Of a DNA stretch of 56,848 bases, positions 9,492 to 17,719 are shown in pieces. The notes beneath the pieces were generated by a model. That model made no database searches and was not told the origin of the DNA. It worked only from the letters and a program-made list of their open reading frames with translations. Positions within the stretch are counted from its first letter, which is position 1; every line of letters starts with the position of its first letter. The translations under genes were made by a program, and so were the position numbers. The DNA comes from Nitrospirota bacterium (lineage in GTDB: Bacteria > Nitrospirota > Thermodesulfovibrionia > Thermodesulfovibrionales > Dissulfurispiraceae), in assembly GCA_040754455.1 (NCBI GenBank), contig JBFMCP010000008.1, forward strand, positions 33,483 to 90,330, in the 5' to 3' direction.

Positions 9492-9915
9492 CTCCGCTCC
9501 TCACACATACAATTTTCCCCACTATGAGACCTCGCAGGGAACACCGTTCAGGCGCTCCGGCCTTAACCGTGTTTCCCTGCTCTATCCCCCTTCCCTACGC
9601 TTCCCCTGAGTGAATGCATCCAGGGGACCAATCCCCTGCCCCCCTCCTTAAAAAGGCAAAGACAAAGGCGCGGCGCGGTACTAAAGGAGGGCGACTATCA
9701 CAGGTCGCGCCAGGTCCTTCGGCCCTGTCACGCCCTGTGCTGGCCGCCATTTTGATTTGATAAACCCTCTCGCTACGCTCAAGGCCGACACTTTCGCCGT
9801 ACATGGAAGTTAAATCCCCCGTCACCGCCCCCTCTGTTTTTGTGAAGGGGGCGGCGCCGGGGGGAACGGTTTTAGAGGGGAAGAAGACATTAGAACGACA
9901 ATCTCAAAGGAGAAA

Positions 9916-9949
9916 TATTGCAGGCACCCCTCCCCCCCTATTAATTAAG
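9916..9949 (+). promoter_or_regulatory. Element promoter-like motif class A, copy 1
   Basis: TATTGCAGGCACCCCtcCCcCCCTATTA, 25/28 identical to 25726-25753. Confidence 0.7.
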
Positions 9950-10017
9950 TAGATACATATCGAAATCCCCGGCGGGCAAGGTTAGCGGCCCGGTCCCGCC
10001 GGGGGAAGGAGGACACC

Positions 10018-10554
10018 ATGAAACAGGCAGTACCCCTCGAAAGTATTATAGCACAGGGGGGAGAGAGAGAAGAGATGTACCCAGTCATCCGGGCGGCAGC
10101 AAGAAAAAGGTATGGACGCCTAGGACCAATCTGGGAGGACGTAGCGCACGAGGCGTGGATCATTGTGAACGACCCGGAGCGGCGGCGGGTGGCGGGAACA
10201 AGGCGCAAGTGGAGCGTCAAGATCCTAGACGAAGCGGCCCGAAATCTTGGGATATACCGAATGAAATATACCGATGACAAAGTAATTCTTGCTCCGCCGC
10301 GCGAGGGCATACCTATGCCTTGCAGCTTGGGGGGGCGGAAGGATGAGCGGATCGACATATTGGGGGCGGCGAGAGATCCGCGTCTGCTCGGCGTGATCCG
10401 GGAGGTCCTCGCGGCGGCGGAACAGGGCGAAGACGTAAGGATCGTGGAGCTGGCCCGGCGGCACGGACTAAGCTACCGGCAGCTGAGGCGCGTAGGGCTG
10501 GCGGCGTGGGCTCAACGCGGACAGCTCGGTCTGTTGGAGGTGGGGGATGAGTGA
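10018..10554 (+). CDS. Putative small alternative (ECF-sized) sigma-factor-like protein
   Basis: Region-2-like segment YPVIRAAARKRY..WEDVAHEAWI and region-4-like HTH IVELARRHGLSYRQLRR; AAGGAGG RBS. Confidence 0.55.
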   Translation: MKQAVPLESIIAQGGEREEMYPVIRAAARKRYGRLGPIWEDVAHEAWIIVNDPERRRVAGTRRKWSVKILDEAARNLGIYRMKYTDDKVILAPPREGIPMPCSLGGRKDERIDILGAARDPRLLGVIREVLAAAEQGEDVRIVELARRHGLSYRQLRRVGLAAWAQRGQLGLLEVGDE

Positions 10555-11350
10555 CCTGATACCCTGTCGCATTGAGCGCAGACAGAAGTACCGATCTATT
10601 AGTCTGATTGCGGCGGAAGATCCTCGCCTGAGCTGGGCCGCGAAAGGCGTTCACACATATCTCATTACCCGTCCAGAGGACTGGAAGTTGTACTACAGTG
10701 ATCTGTTGGCGCGATCATCAAACTCCCGGACTGCACTCAAGAGCGCCATTCGGAATCTCAAACAGGCCGGTTATCTTGTCTTGGAGCCCATCCAGGGCGA
10801 GGATGGTAAGTTTAAGGGGTGGCGCTGGGTTGTGTATGAGGAGCCGCAAAATTTTGGCGAAGAGAGCCAATCCTCACCGAAAGCACGAAAACCGACTTTC
10901 GGAAAAACCGTCAGTCGGAAAAACCGACCGACGGAAAACATACAGGGCAATAATAATCATAATAATAATAATAATCATAGTAAGTATAAATCATCTCTCT
11001 CCGCTTCGCACGAGAGACTCCTTGCGGAAGCCCAAAAACTATTCCCTGATAAACCGCTATCAATAGAGTTGCCTACTCGTAATCTTGATTACTTTCTTCA
11101 GCTTTATGAGGAGGGCAGAGCAAAACTCGCAACTATTGACACCCCGATTGCGTATATCAAGGGCCTCATTGTAGCGGATGACTACATCCCATACAGGGAG
11201 CGGCAGCGGCGGCGGGTGGCGCAGGTGCGAGAGGAGATAGCGAAAAAGAGACAGCAGCGGGAGTTGGAGCAGCAGATCGAGCGGGAGCGGATGGAGGGTA
11301 TACCAGCGGAGGCGCGGGAGGCCTTAGATGTTTTATTGGGGAGGGTATAG
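10547..11350 (+). CDS. Phage-type replication initiator (N-terminal winged HTH)
   Basis: DPRLSWAAKGVHTYLITRPEDW..AIRNLKQAGY..WVVYEEP resembles phage replisome-organiser N-termini; internal iterons. Confidence 0.75.
   Translation: MSDLIPCRIERRQKYRSISLIAAEDPRLSWAAKGVHTYLITRPEDWKLYYSDLLARSSNSRTALKSAIRNLKQAGYLVLEPIQGEDGKFKGWRWVVYEEPQNFGEESQSSPKARKPTFGKTVSRKNRPTENIQGNNNHNNNNNHSKYKSSLSASHERLLAEAQKLFPDKPLSIELPTRNLDYFLQLYEEGRAKLATIDTPIAYIKGLIVADDYIPYRERQRRRVAQVREEIAKKRQQRELEQQIERERMEGIPAEAREALDVLLGRV
10877..10990 (+). other. Putative intragenic replication origin (iterons plus AT-rich region)
   Basis: CCG-N5-CGG-An units at 10892, 10908, 10924 (16-bp period) plus a degenerate one at 10877, followed by an (AAT)n tract. 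Confidence 0.7.
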
Positions 11351-11355
11351 TCGCC

Positions 11356-11385
11356 GCAAAAATATTTTGGCTTAGTGCACATATA
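11356..11385 (+). promoter_or_regulatory. Element promoter-like motif class B, copy 1
   Basis: GCAAAAA-N13-TGCACATATA upstream of the xis-relaxase operon. Confidence 0.6.
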
Positions 11386-11430
11386 TGTAGGGATGTTGAT
11401 TTTCACTATATCAAAAAAGGAGGTAGTTGT

Positions 11431-11739
11431 ATGAGTGAAAAATTGTTGAGGGTCGAGGAGCTGGCAGAGATGCTTAACCTTAAGCCTTCAAGTATTTACC
11501 AGCTCGTTTTTAAGCGGAAGATACCTTGTATCAAGATTAGCCGCCGAGCGGTCCGGTTCGAGCTTAACCAGATATTGAAGTGGCTGGAGTCAAAGGCACA
11601 GCAGCCAGGAGCAGAGCCGGTGCCGGTGCCCAAGCCTGTCCGCCGAAGTACTAGGCGGAAAAGGTCCGGCCGAGTAACGGAGGAAAGCATCCGTTCAATG
11701 ATTGAAAACATAAAAAAGGAGGTATTGTCACATGAGTAG
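11431..11739 (+). CDS. Excisionase / AlpA-like HTH protein
   Basis: LLRVEELAEMLNLKPSSIYQLV..IPCIKI..VRFE..ILKWLE typical of HTH_17 excisionases. Confidence 0.85.
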   Translation: MSEKLLRVEELAEMLNLKPSSIYQLVFKRKIPCIKISRRAVRFELNQILKWLESKAQQPGAEPVPVPKPVRRSTRRKRSGRVTEESIRSMIENIKKEVLSHE

Positions 11740-12067
11740 TCTTGTTAAAATTCTGCTTTTCACCAGCCCGATATTAGCCATTGTGTTTTACTGGAATGTA
11801 AGCCAGCAACGTGCATTGGACGTTCAAATGCAGCGTGAGGATGCAGCTTTCGATCGAAGCTGGAATGAGCTCGCGGGGGAATTATCGAGTAGCAAAGCAT
11901 TAAAGAAGAAGTACGCCGAACGAGCAAGGGAGGCGGATACCCAGCTAAAGGAGCTTGAGGCGAAAGAAAAGGTGAGCGAGAAAAGACCGGATGATTTTCT
12001 GAAAGAATTCGATAACGCTTTAGAAGACAAGGACGTGCAGAAAGAGCTCGAAAGGAGGCTTCAATGA
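11732..12067 (+). CDS. Membrane-anchored coiled-coil hypothetical protein
   Basis: N-terminal hydrophobic helix, charged helical remainder; AGGAGG RBS; overlaps xis. Confidence 0.7.
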   Translation: MSSLVKILLFTSPILAIVFYWNVSQQRALDVQMQREDAAFDRSWNELAGELSSSKALKKKYAERAREADTQLKELEAKEKVSEKRPDDFLKEFDNALEDKDVQKELERRLQ

Positions 12068-12351
12068 GCATGAAAAAAAGACTGTCTGAAATATATAAGA
12101 AGTACGTTAACGATTCCAGCAAAATATTCAGTCAGAGGAGGAATCAGATCATGGCTTTCATTTTCCTGTTACTGATAGCTGCATTTGTTGTACGGTTTGT
12201 GGATTTTGGAGATATCCATTCTCTCATTTGGCTAATCTGTAACACCTCTATCTCATCTGTTTTTATAGTCCGAAAGATAAAAGTAGGGAAGTGGAATCCT
12301 TATGATTTCCTTGGGCTGCTCGATGTGCAAGGGCCAAAAGCAGGAGGATAG
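12064..12351 (+). CDS. Small membrane protein (about 2 TM)
   Basis: Two hydrophobic stretches; ATGA coupling with the upstream gene. Confidence 0.6.
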   Translation: MSMKKRLSEIYKKYVNDSSKIFSQRRNQIMAFIFLLLIAAFVVRFVDFGDIHSLIWLICNTSISSVFIVRKIKVGKWNPYDFLGLLDVQGPKAGG

Positions 12352-12355
12352 AGTA

Positions 12356-15300
12356 GTGGTCACAATCGGAAAAATTTATGAGAAGTTGAAGGAATATGAA
12401 AAGGATAATTACTATCTCTCAGATGAGCAGGGTAACACCCTTGCCCCTGAAAAAATTGGGGAGGGATGGGAAAAGCTCGGGTTCAAGGGAGAAATTAACG
12501 AGACCGTCTATAAGGCGCTCAAAGAGGGTAAAGACCCGTCCACAGGTGAGCAGCTTGTCCAATCAGGCGTTAATGGCGATAGGCGCAGCGGCTACAACTT
12601 TACCCTTTCTCCAGATAAGAGCTGGACTGTGTATGCTCACTCTTCTCCTTCGGCGGCAAAGATCGTGTTGGACATACACAGCAAATCTGTTGCCGATGCA
12701 ATGCGCTATCTGGAAAGCGACCTTGCACAGGTCCGCCAGGGCGCAGGCGTTCAGGGTAAGTCTGAGCCGGTGAAGACCGGTAATATTCTCGCCATGCGAG
12801 TAGATCACCAGGTCAACCGCGAGGGGGATATTCAGCTTCACTCGCATATAGTCGCCTTCAATCAAACCTACAACCCTGAAACTGGCAAATGGCAGGCCCT
12901 TCATAGTGATGCTTTCCACTCTGACGTTTTAACTAAGCTGTACGAAAATCAGCTTGCCTACTATGCGCAAGAGGCCGGGCTTGCTGTCGAGTGGAAATTA
13001 AGCGATAGCGGCAGGACTCAATATGCCGCGCTTGCAGGGGTCCCGGACAAGGCTGTTGAAGTGACCAGTGAGCGGGCACGCCAGGTGGATGAGTACGTCA
13101 AAGAGCATTATGCCGAGCTCAAAGCGAAATATCCCCATGCCTCAGACGGCGAGCTAAAACAAATAGCCGCCCTGGAGACCCGTAAAGATAAGGTCAGCAT
13201 GACTCCGGAGCAGATCGACAAACAGTTCACCGATAAGCTGGGCTCGGTAGGATTAACCAGGGAGGATATAGTTTCAGGCGTAGAGGCAAAGGCGAAGGAA
13301 TACCAGGAACAGCGCCTTGATACCATCAGGATGAACGAATACGAGGTGCTACAGCAGGCAGCTAAATCGCTTACTGATTATTCCTCTACTTTTTCCAAGC
13401 AAGAGCTCCTTAAAGCAGCGACCGATATTAGCAAGGGCGATGTCTCCATAACCCAGCTACAGGATAGCATCAAGGACCTGGATAAAGAGATCGTTAAGCT
13501 CAGCAGTAGTCACACCATCTCCGACCGAGGCAGAGCCTACAATGATGCTGTTTATACCTCTCCTGAAGTCCTACAGGCCGAAAAACAGGCTTTCCGGATG
13601 GTGGAGCAGGGCAAAGGTCAAATCCAGGCAATTATGAGCCAGGAAGAGGCTCAGAAAGCGATAGCTGCATGGGAGCAGAAAAATAGCTTTAACATGACTG
13701 AGAGCCAGCGCAACGCCGTCCAGTTCTTCCTTACCAGTACCGATCGGTATACCGCTGTGCAAGGGTATGCAGGGACCGGAAAGACCACCGTGATGAAATC
13801 TATCTCAGAGCTTGCAAAGGAGAAAGGGTACAGGATAGTGGGTATCTCAGAGACAAATGTTGCAGTCCAGGAGATGAAAGCCGCCGGCATGGAGGCCATG
13901 ACAGCGACAAAATTCCTGCATGACCATAAGCTGCACCAAAGCATGGACGATAAGACTATCGTTATTTCCGATGAGAGCAGTTTCATGGGTGCAAAGAATT
14001 TCAAAGCTGTCCAGAGCGTGATTGAGAAGTCCGGGGCGCGGACTTCTTTCTGGGGAGATAAAGAGCAGTTGCCGCCGATCAGCGCCGGGTACCCCTTTAA
14101 GGAGTTGATCGACAGAGGCGTAATCAACCATGTCGAGGTGAAAGATATCATTCGTCAAAAAGATGAGGCGTACTTGCAGGCCGTTAAAGATGTCGTAAGC
14201 AAAAAAATTGATTCGGCCTTCTCAAAGCTACACGTGGTTGAGGATAAGTATGGCGACCTCCACCAGCGAGCAGCGGAGATTTATAAAGAGCGGGGTGGTT
14301 ATAAAGATTATATTATTTCCACCTATACCAATTCAGATAAAGATAGGCTTAATACTATGATCCGAGCGGATCTCCAGACTGAAAGCAAGGTAAGCAAGGA
14401 AGGACAGACGCTCCAGGTCTGGGAGAACAAAAATCTCTCCGGTACGGACCGGTTTAACACTCATAACTACCAGTCAGGGGACAAACTTGTTGTCATGCAG
14501 GCCGGGAGCGGAGCCGGAAAGGTAGGGGCGGAGTTAACTGTTAAAAGTATCGACCCGCTCACTCACACCGTTATAGCCGAGGGTGTGGACCGCAAGGGGC
14601 AGGCATTTACCAGAGAGATCGACATCAGGAGACACGGCGACAAGTTCAATACGTATTCACCCGTGGAGAGGGAGTTTGCCAAAGGTGACAAAATCATCTT
14701 CAGCAAGACTGATAAAGAGACAGGTATTGCAAACTCCGAAGTCGCTTATATAAAAAGCATCAACCAGGACGGCAGCATAACCTTTGATATGGGTGGCAAA
14801 GAGGTTACGACCCACAGCAGGTATTTCGAGTACGGCTATGCATCTACAACACATAAATCCCAGGGCAAGACTTCTCAGGGAACAATATATTTTGCGCCGG
14901 TACAGGTCCGCACAGGCAAGGATGGCAACACACTTGAACGGGGGCAAGCCGACCGCTTCCAGGACTTTTACGTAGGAATAAGCCGGGGAAGGGCGGCGGG
15001 GATTGTCATAACCAACGAACAGGGCATTCTCAAAGAACAGGTTTCTCGGCTCGCTGAAAAGGATAGCACCTTTAATTACAGTGGCTCTTTAAAACGCGAA
15101 ATCGCCAAGGCCGAAAAAGAGATTGCCGGTGACCACAATCCCGACTCCCGGAAACTGGAAAAGCTGAATGCTTTGCGCGACGATTTCAACCGGCTCAAGG
15201 CGGCGGAAAGGGAAAGACAGCCAGTAGAAAACAGGGGCTCTCAAACCGGTAATCAGTTTATCCGGCACTACGAGGGAGGAAGGAACGGCTCAGGCAAAGG

Positions 15301-16087
15301 GCCGACATGGGAGCTCGCAAAGATCGGAAGAGCGAAGCTCACTTACAGTGCAGACCACGGCCTTGAGTTTTCAACCGTCAAGAGGGGCATATGGACGCAC
15401 CAGAAAAAGGGAAAAGTCCTTGCGGGGGCGGATAAGGGAGAGAGATCCTTTAGCTCCACTAAGAAGAAAATGAGCTTGCACGGAGGCCGCTACTCCGGGG
15501 TAACTGTCAGGTCAAAAAACGGCGTTGTGTCTATTACGAAATGGGAAGGTCGCCAAACCATAGGCTTATTTAAACCTGGCCTCAAGATCGACAATTCCCA
15601 TACAACCCAGATTGATGTTAAGGGAATGGTCAAACACTTAAATACTCAAAAAGAGGCTTTGTCGAAGGGCAGTAAAGCAGTCAAACATATCGACAACGCG
15701 ATCAAGCATTTGGAGAAGCTTGAGCGCACCTGTAAGCCCGAGAGATACGAAAAGGGCATGCAGGAAATATCCAGATTTGAGCGCGAGCTTTCCACAATGA
15801 GGATGCAGGAGAGGCAGGCGGCTAAGAATGAGAAAATGATGAGATCCGAACGCGGAGGGAAACGCGAACAAGGCAAAGCCTCTACGTTCGGGTTCGACAA
15901 AACCAGACAGCCGGAAACCTACAAATCGCAGGGTGGCGGACAGAACAAAACTCACGATTCCGGGGCCGGGGTATCTCATAAAACCGGCAATCGGGACAAC
16001 GGGAAGTCCAAAGCCGACAACTCGAAATCTAAGGATTCCGGGAAATCAAAATCCGATAATTCACGGAGCATGGAAAAGTCGAGATAG
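12356..16087 (+). CDS. MOBF (TrwC/TraI-like) relaxase-helicase
   Basis: GTG start behind AGGAGG; DNYY, HQVNREGDIQLHSH (3H motif), QGYAGTGKTT, ISDESS, YGYASTTHKSQG helicase motifs. Confidence 0.93.
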   Translation: MVTIGKIYEKLKEYEKDNYYLSDEQGNTLAPEKIGEGWEKLGFKGEINETVYKALKEGKDPSTGEQLVQSGVNGDRRSGYNFTLSPDKSWTVYAHSSPSAAKIVLDIHSKSVADAMRYLESDLAQVRQGAGVQGKSEPVKTGNILAMRVDHQVNREGDIQLHSHIVAFNQTYNPETGKWQALHSDAFHSDVLTKLYENQLAYYAQEAGLAVEWKLSDSGRTQYAALAGVPDKAVEVTSERARQVDEYVKEHYAELKAKYPHASDGELKQIAALETRKDKVSMTPEQIDKQFTDKLGSVGLTREDIVSGVEAKAKEYQEQRLDTIRMNEYEVLQQAAKSLTDYSSTFSKQELLKAATDISKGDVSITQLQDSIKDLDKEIVKLSSSHTISDRGRAYNDAVYTSPEVLQAEKQAFRMVEQGKGQIQAIMSQEEAQKAIAAWEQKNSFNMTESQRNAVQFFLTSTDRYTAVQGYAGTGKTTVMKSISELAKEKGYRIVGISETNVAVQEMKAAGMEAMTATKFLHDHKLHQSMDDKTIVISDESSFMGAKNFKAVQSVIEKSGARTSFWGDKEQLPPISAGYPFKELIDRGVINHVEVKDIIRQKDEAYLQAVKDVVSKKIDSAFSKLHVVEDKYGDLHQRAAEIYKERGGYKDYIISTYTNSDKDRLNTMIRADLQTESKVSKEGQTLQVWENKNLSGTDRFNTHNYQSGDKLVVMQAGSGAGKVGAELTVKSIDPLTHTVIAEGVDRKGQAFTREIDIRRHGDKFNTYSPVEREFAKGDKIIFSKTDKETGIANSEVAYIKSINQDGSITFDMGGKEVTTHSRYFEYGYASTTHKSQGKTSQGTIYFAPVQVRTGKDGNTLERGQADRFQDFYVGISRGRAAGIVITNEQGILKEQVSRLAEKDSTFNYSGSLKREIAKAEKEIAGDHNPDSRKLEKLNALRDDFNRLKAAERERQPVENRGSQTGNQFIRHYEGGRNGSGKGPTWELAKIGRAKLTYSADHGLEFSTVKRGIWTHQKKGKVLAGADKGERSFSSTKKKMSLHGGRYSGVTVRSKNGVVSITKWEGRQTIGLFKPGLKIDNSHTTQIDVKGMVKHLNTQKEALSKGSKAVKHIDNAIKHLEKLERTCKPERYEKGMQEISRFERELSTMRMQERQAAKNEKMMRSERGGKREQGKASTFGFDKTRQPETYKSQGGGQNKTHDSGAGVSHKTGNRDNGKSKADNSKSKDSGKSKSDNSRSMEKSR

Positions 16088-16136
16088 AAGAGGGAAGAAG
16101 GCACAGACGTCGAAGTTGAATAATTTTACACATCAG

Positions 16137-16172
16137 GGCGGTAACTTTTTATAGGTTACCGCCTTTCTTTTT
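16137..16172 (+). terminator. Intrinsic terminator after the relaxase gene
   Basis: GGCGGTAAC-N9-GTTACCGCC followed by a T-run. Confidence 0.8.
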
Positions 16173-16243
16173 CACGCTTTTGCTGAAAGAAAAGGCATGC
16201 TTACGCTGAGGATGGGGGTATCCCCCATAGCCCCCACTTTTTT

Positions 16244-16272
16244 TAAGACACCCAACGCAACTTGCCGTTGCA
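16244..16272 (-). other. MOBF oriT core; predicted nic between 16248 and 16247
   Basis: Minus strand GCAAC-GGCAA-GTTGC-GTTGGGTGT^CTT: hairpin plus TGCGTnnGGTGT, like F-type (TTTGCGTGGGGTGT^) and IncN nic sites. Confidence 0.8.
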
Positions 16273-16310
16273 ATAAATTCCAAAAAACATCCATAAATCA
16301 ATCTGTCACA

Positions 16311-16421
16311 TGTGGGACATTTGTGCAATCGTAGCAACAAGTATCCCGCTCAAAGCCTTATCGCTCTAGTGATTCCTTCTATTTTTAGTTGTGGTACATG
16401 ATTGTGCCCACATGTCCCACA
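16311..16421. repeat. Imperfect inverted repeats next to oriT (candidate RHH accessory-protein sites)
   Basis: TGTGGGACAT at 16311-16320 and ATGTCCCACA at 16412-16421, with further partial copies. Confidence 0.6.
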
Positions 16422-16451
16422 GCAAAAAAAGCAATCCTCGATGCATATATA
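16422..16451 (+). promoter_or_regulatory. Element promoter-like motif class B, copy 2
   Basis: GCAAAAA-N13-TGCATATATA. Confidence 0.6.
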
Positions 16452-16498
16452 TAGCAGGATCGGAGCGTTCTTAATTAATGAGACAAGGAGGTAAAAGA

Positions 16499-17017
16499 GT
16501 GAAAAGTACAGTCCTGAAAGTGAGGATTTCGGAGCAGATGTCGAAGCAGATCAAGAGCGCTGCTAGTGGTGGTAACGTCAGCGATTATGTGCGGGAGGCC
16601 ATCAAAAAAAGTCTCGATGACGGGAAGGAGGAAGCCGCTCAATTTCTCGAACTGGTGCAGAAGCTGGATGCATCGAGCTTGCCCGAAATCTCTGAAAAGG
16701 TGGACATGATTTTGCACGAGATCAATGAATTGAGGGAGGCTCAACAGGAACGGATTTCTCCGCAGCGCCAAACAAAGGTGGAGCCCTCTGCCAAGGAAGA
16801 GAAGTTAAAGGCCGAGGTGCTGAAAATCGCCAAGATCATGGCGATTAATGCCAAGATGTTACCCGCTGAAAATAGTGTTTTCGGGCCGCTCATCAACGAT
16901 AACTTCGAGGTGGAACGACCCTTAAAATTCATCTATGATTACCTGCGTCATATGAGCAAGGACAGGTTAGCGGTCAAGCAGAAAATAAGCGAGCTCTTCC
17001 CTGATTTCCTCAAATAG
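16499..17017 (+). CDS. RHH protein, probable relaxosome accessory factor (TrwA-like position)
   Basis: VLKVRIS..NVSDYVREAI RHH; GTG behind AAGGAGG; adjacent to oriT. Confidence 0.7.
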   Translation: MKSTVLKVRISEQMSKQIKSAASGGNVSDYVREAIKKSLDDGKEEAAQFLELVQKLDASSLPEISEKVDMILHEINELREAQQERISPQRQTKVEPSAKEEKLKAEVLKIAKIMAINAKMLPAENSVFGPLINDNFEVERPLKFIYDYLRHMSKDRLAVKQKISELFPDFLK

Positions 17018-17148
17018 TCTGGGCTGAGGAGAGAGCTGCTAAACAGCAAAATGCTTGAAGGGAGGAGGGCGGCTTACCGCTGCTCTCTTCCTGTCGGAAT
17101 TCAGATTTTAGCTTCTTGGATTTTTAATTTTCCTCATTTCCCATATCC

Positions 17149-17257
17149 AGACACCTGTAATCCTACCGTCTTTCTTATTAGGTGCCTCATAATGCCCCTC
17201 ACAAGACACCTGCTTTACCTCTGACTACTTATTTTCTACAAAACAGGTGTCTCATAA
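17149..17257. repeat. Two AGACACCT/AGGTGYCT inverted pairs (candidate centromere or operator)
   Basis: AGACACCT at 17149 and 17204; AGGTGCCTCATAA at 17180; AGGTGTCTCATAA at 17245. Confidence 0.7.
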
Positions 17258-17319
17258 GCAACTTTCCTGCATATCGCAAAGAAAATTTATCGCTGCATGA
17301 CACTTTTCTGCATATTTTC

Positions 17320-17349
17320 GGAAAAAAGTTCCGTTCTGATGCATATAGG
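17320..17349 (+). promoter_or_regulatory. Element promoter-like motif class B, copy 3
   Basis: GGAAAAA-N13-TGCATATAGG. Confidence 0.6.
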
Positions 17350-17370
17350 TAATGGAAAGGAGGGCGTCAC

Positions 17371-17589
17371 ATGATGACAAAACGGAATCTTAAATGCAAA
17401 AGGTGCTATCAAAGCGCAGCGTGCCTAATGACGGAAAGGATGCGCGAAAAGTGCAACGGACCATATCAGTCCCGTGCAGAACACATCAAATCCCTTAAGG
17501 GTTTGTTGGGCAGAAAGGAGGTGATTTCCGATGCCGAAGGACCCGAAAAAATTGCGGGAGCAGGCAAAAAAACTGCTGGCCGAAGCTGA
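17371..17589 (+). CDS. Small Cys-rich protein (CxxC-x5-C-x9-C)
   Basis: AAGGAGG RBS; CKRCYQSAAC..C. Confidence 0.6.
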   Translation: MMTKRNLKCKRCYQSAACLMTERMREKCNGPYQSRAEHIKSLKGLLGRKEVISDAEGPEKIAGAGKKTAGRS

Positions 17590-17707
17590 CAAGATCGAGC
17601 AGGCCAAGTACGTAGAAATCGGGAAGGCAGTACTCAAGTTTCTCGAACAGGAAGCACCCGGCAGCCTCGATGATTTGAAGGCTGTCATTGAAAAAATCAA
17701 CGGCTAA
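17531..17707 (+). CDS. 58-aa helical hypothetical protein (absent from the ORF track)
   Basis: AAGGAGGTG RBS; MPKDPKKLREQAKKLLAEADKIEQ..EKING*; stop codon abuts the parM RBS. Confidence 0.75.
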   Translation: MPKDPKKLREQAKKLLAEADKIEQAKYVEIGKAVLKFLEQEAPGSLDDLKAVIEKING

Positions 17708-17719
17708 AGGAGGATCGTA

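Noticed and set aside
10949..10978. (AAT)n tract as a phase-variation locus
   Set aside because: Triplet changes keep the frame; better explained as the origin's AT-rich region and a protein linker
12302..12355. N-terminal extension of the relaxase given by the ORF track
   Set aside because: MOBF domains start at the extreme N-terminus; GTG at 12356 has a strong RBS and avoids overlap with the upstream gene
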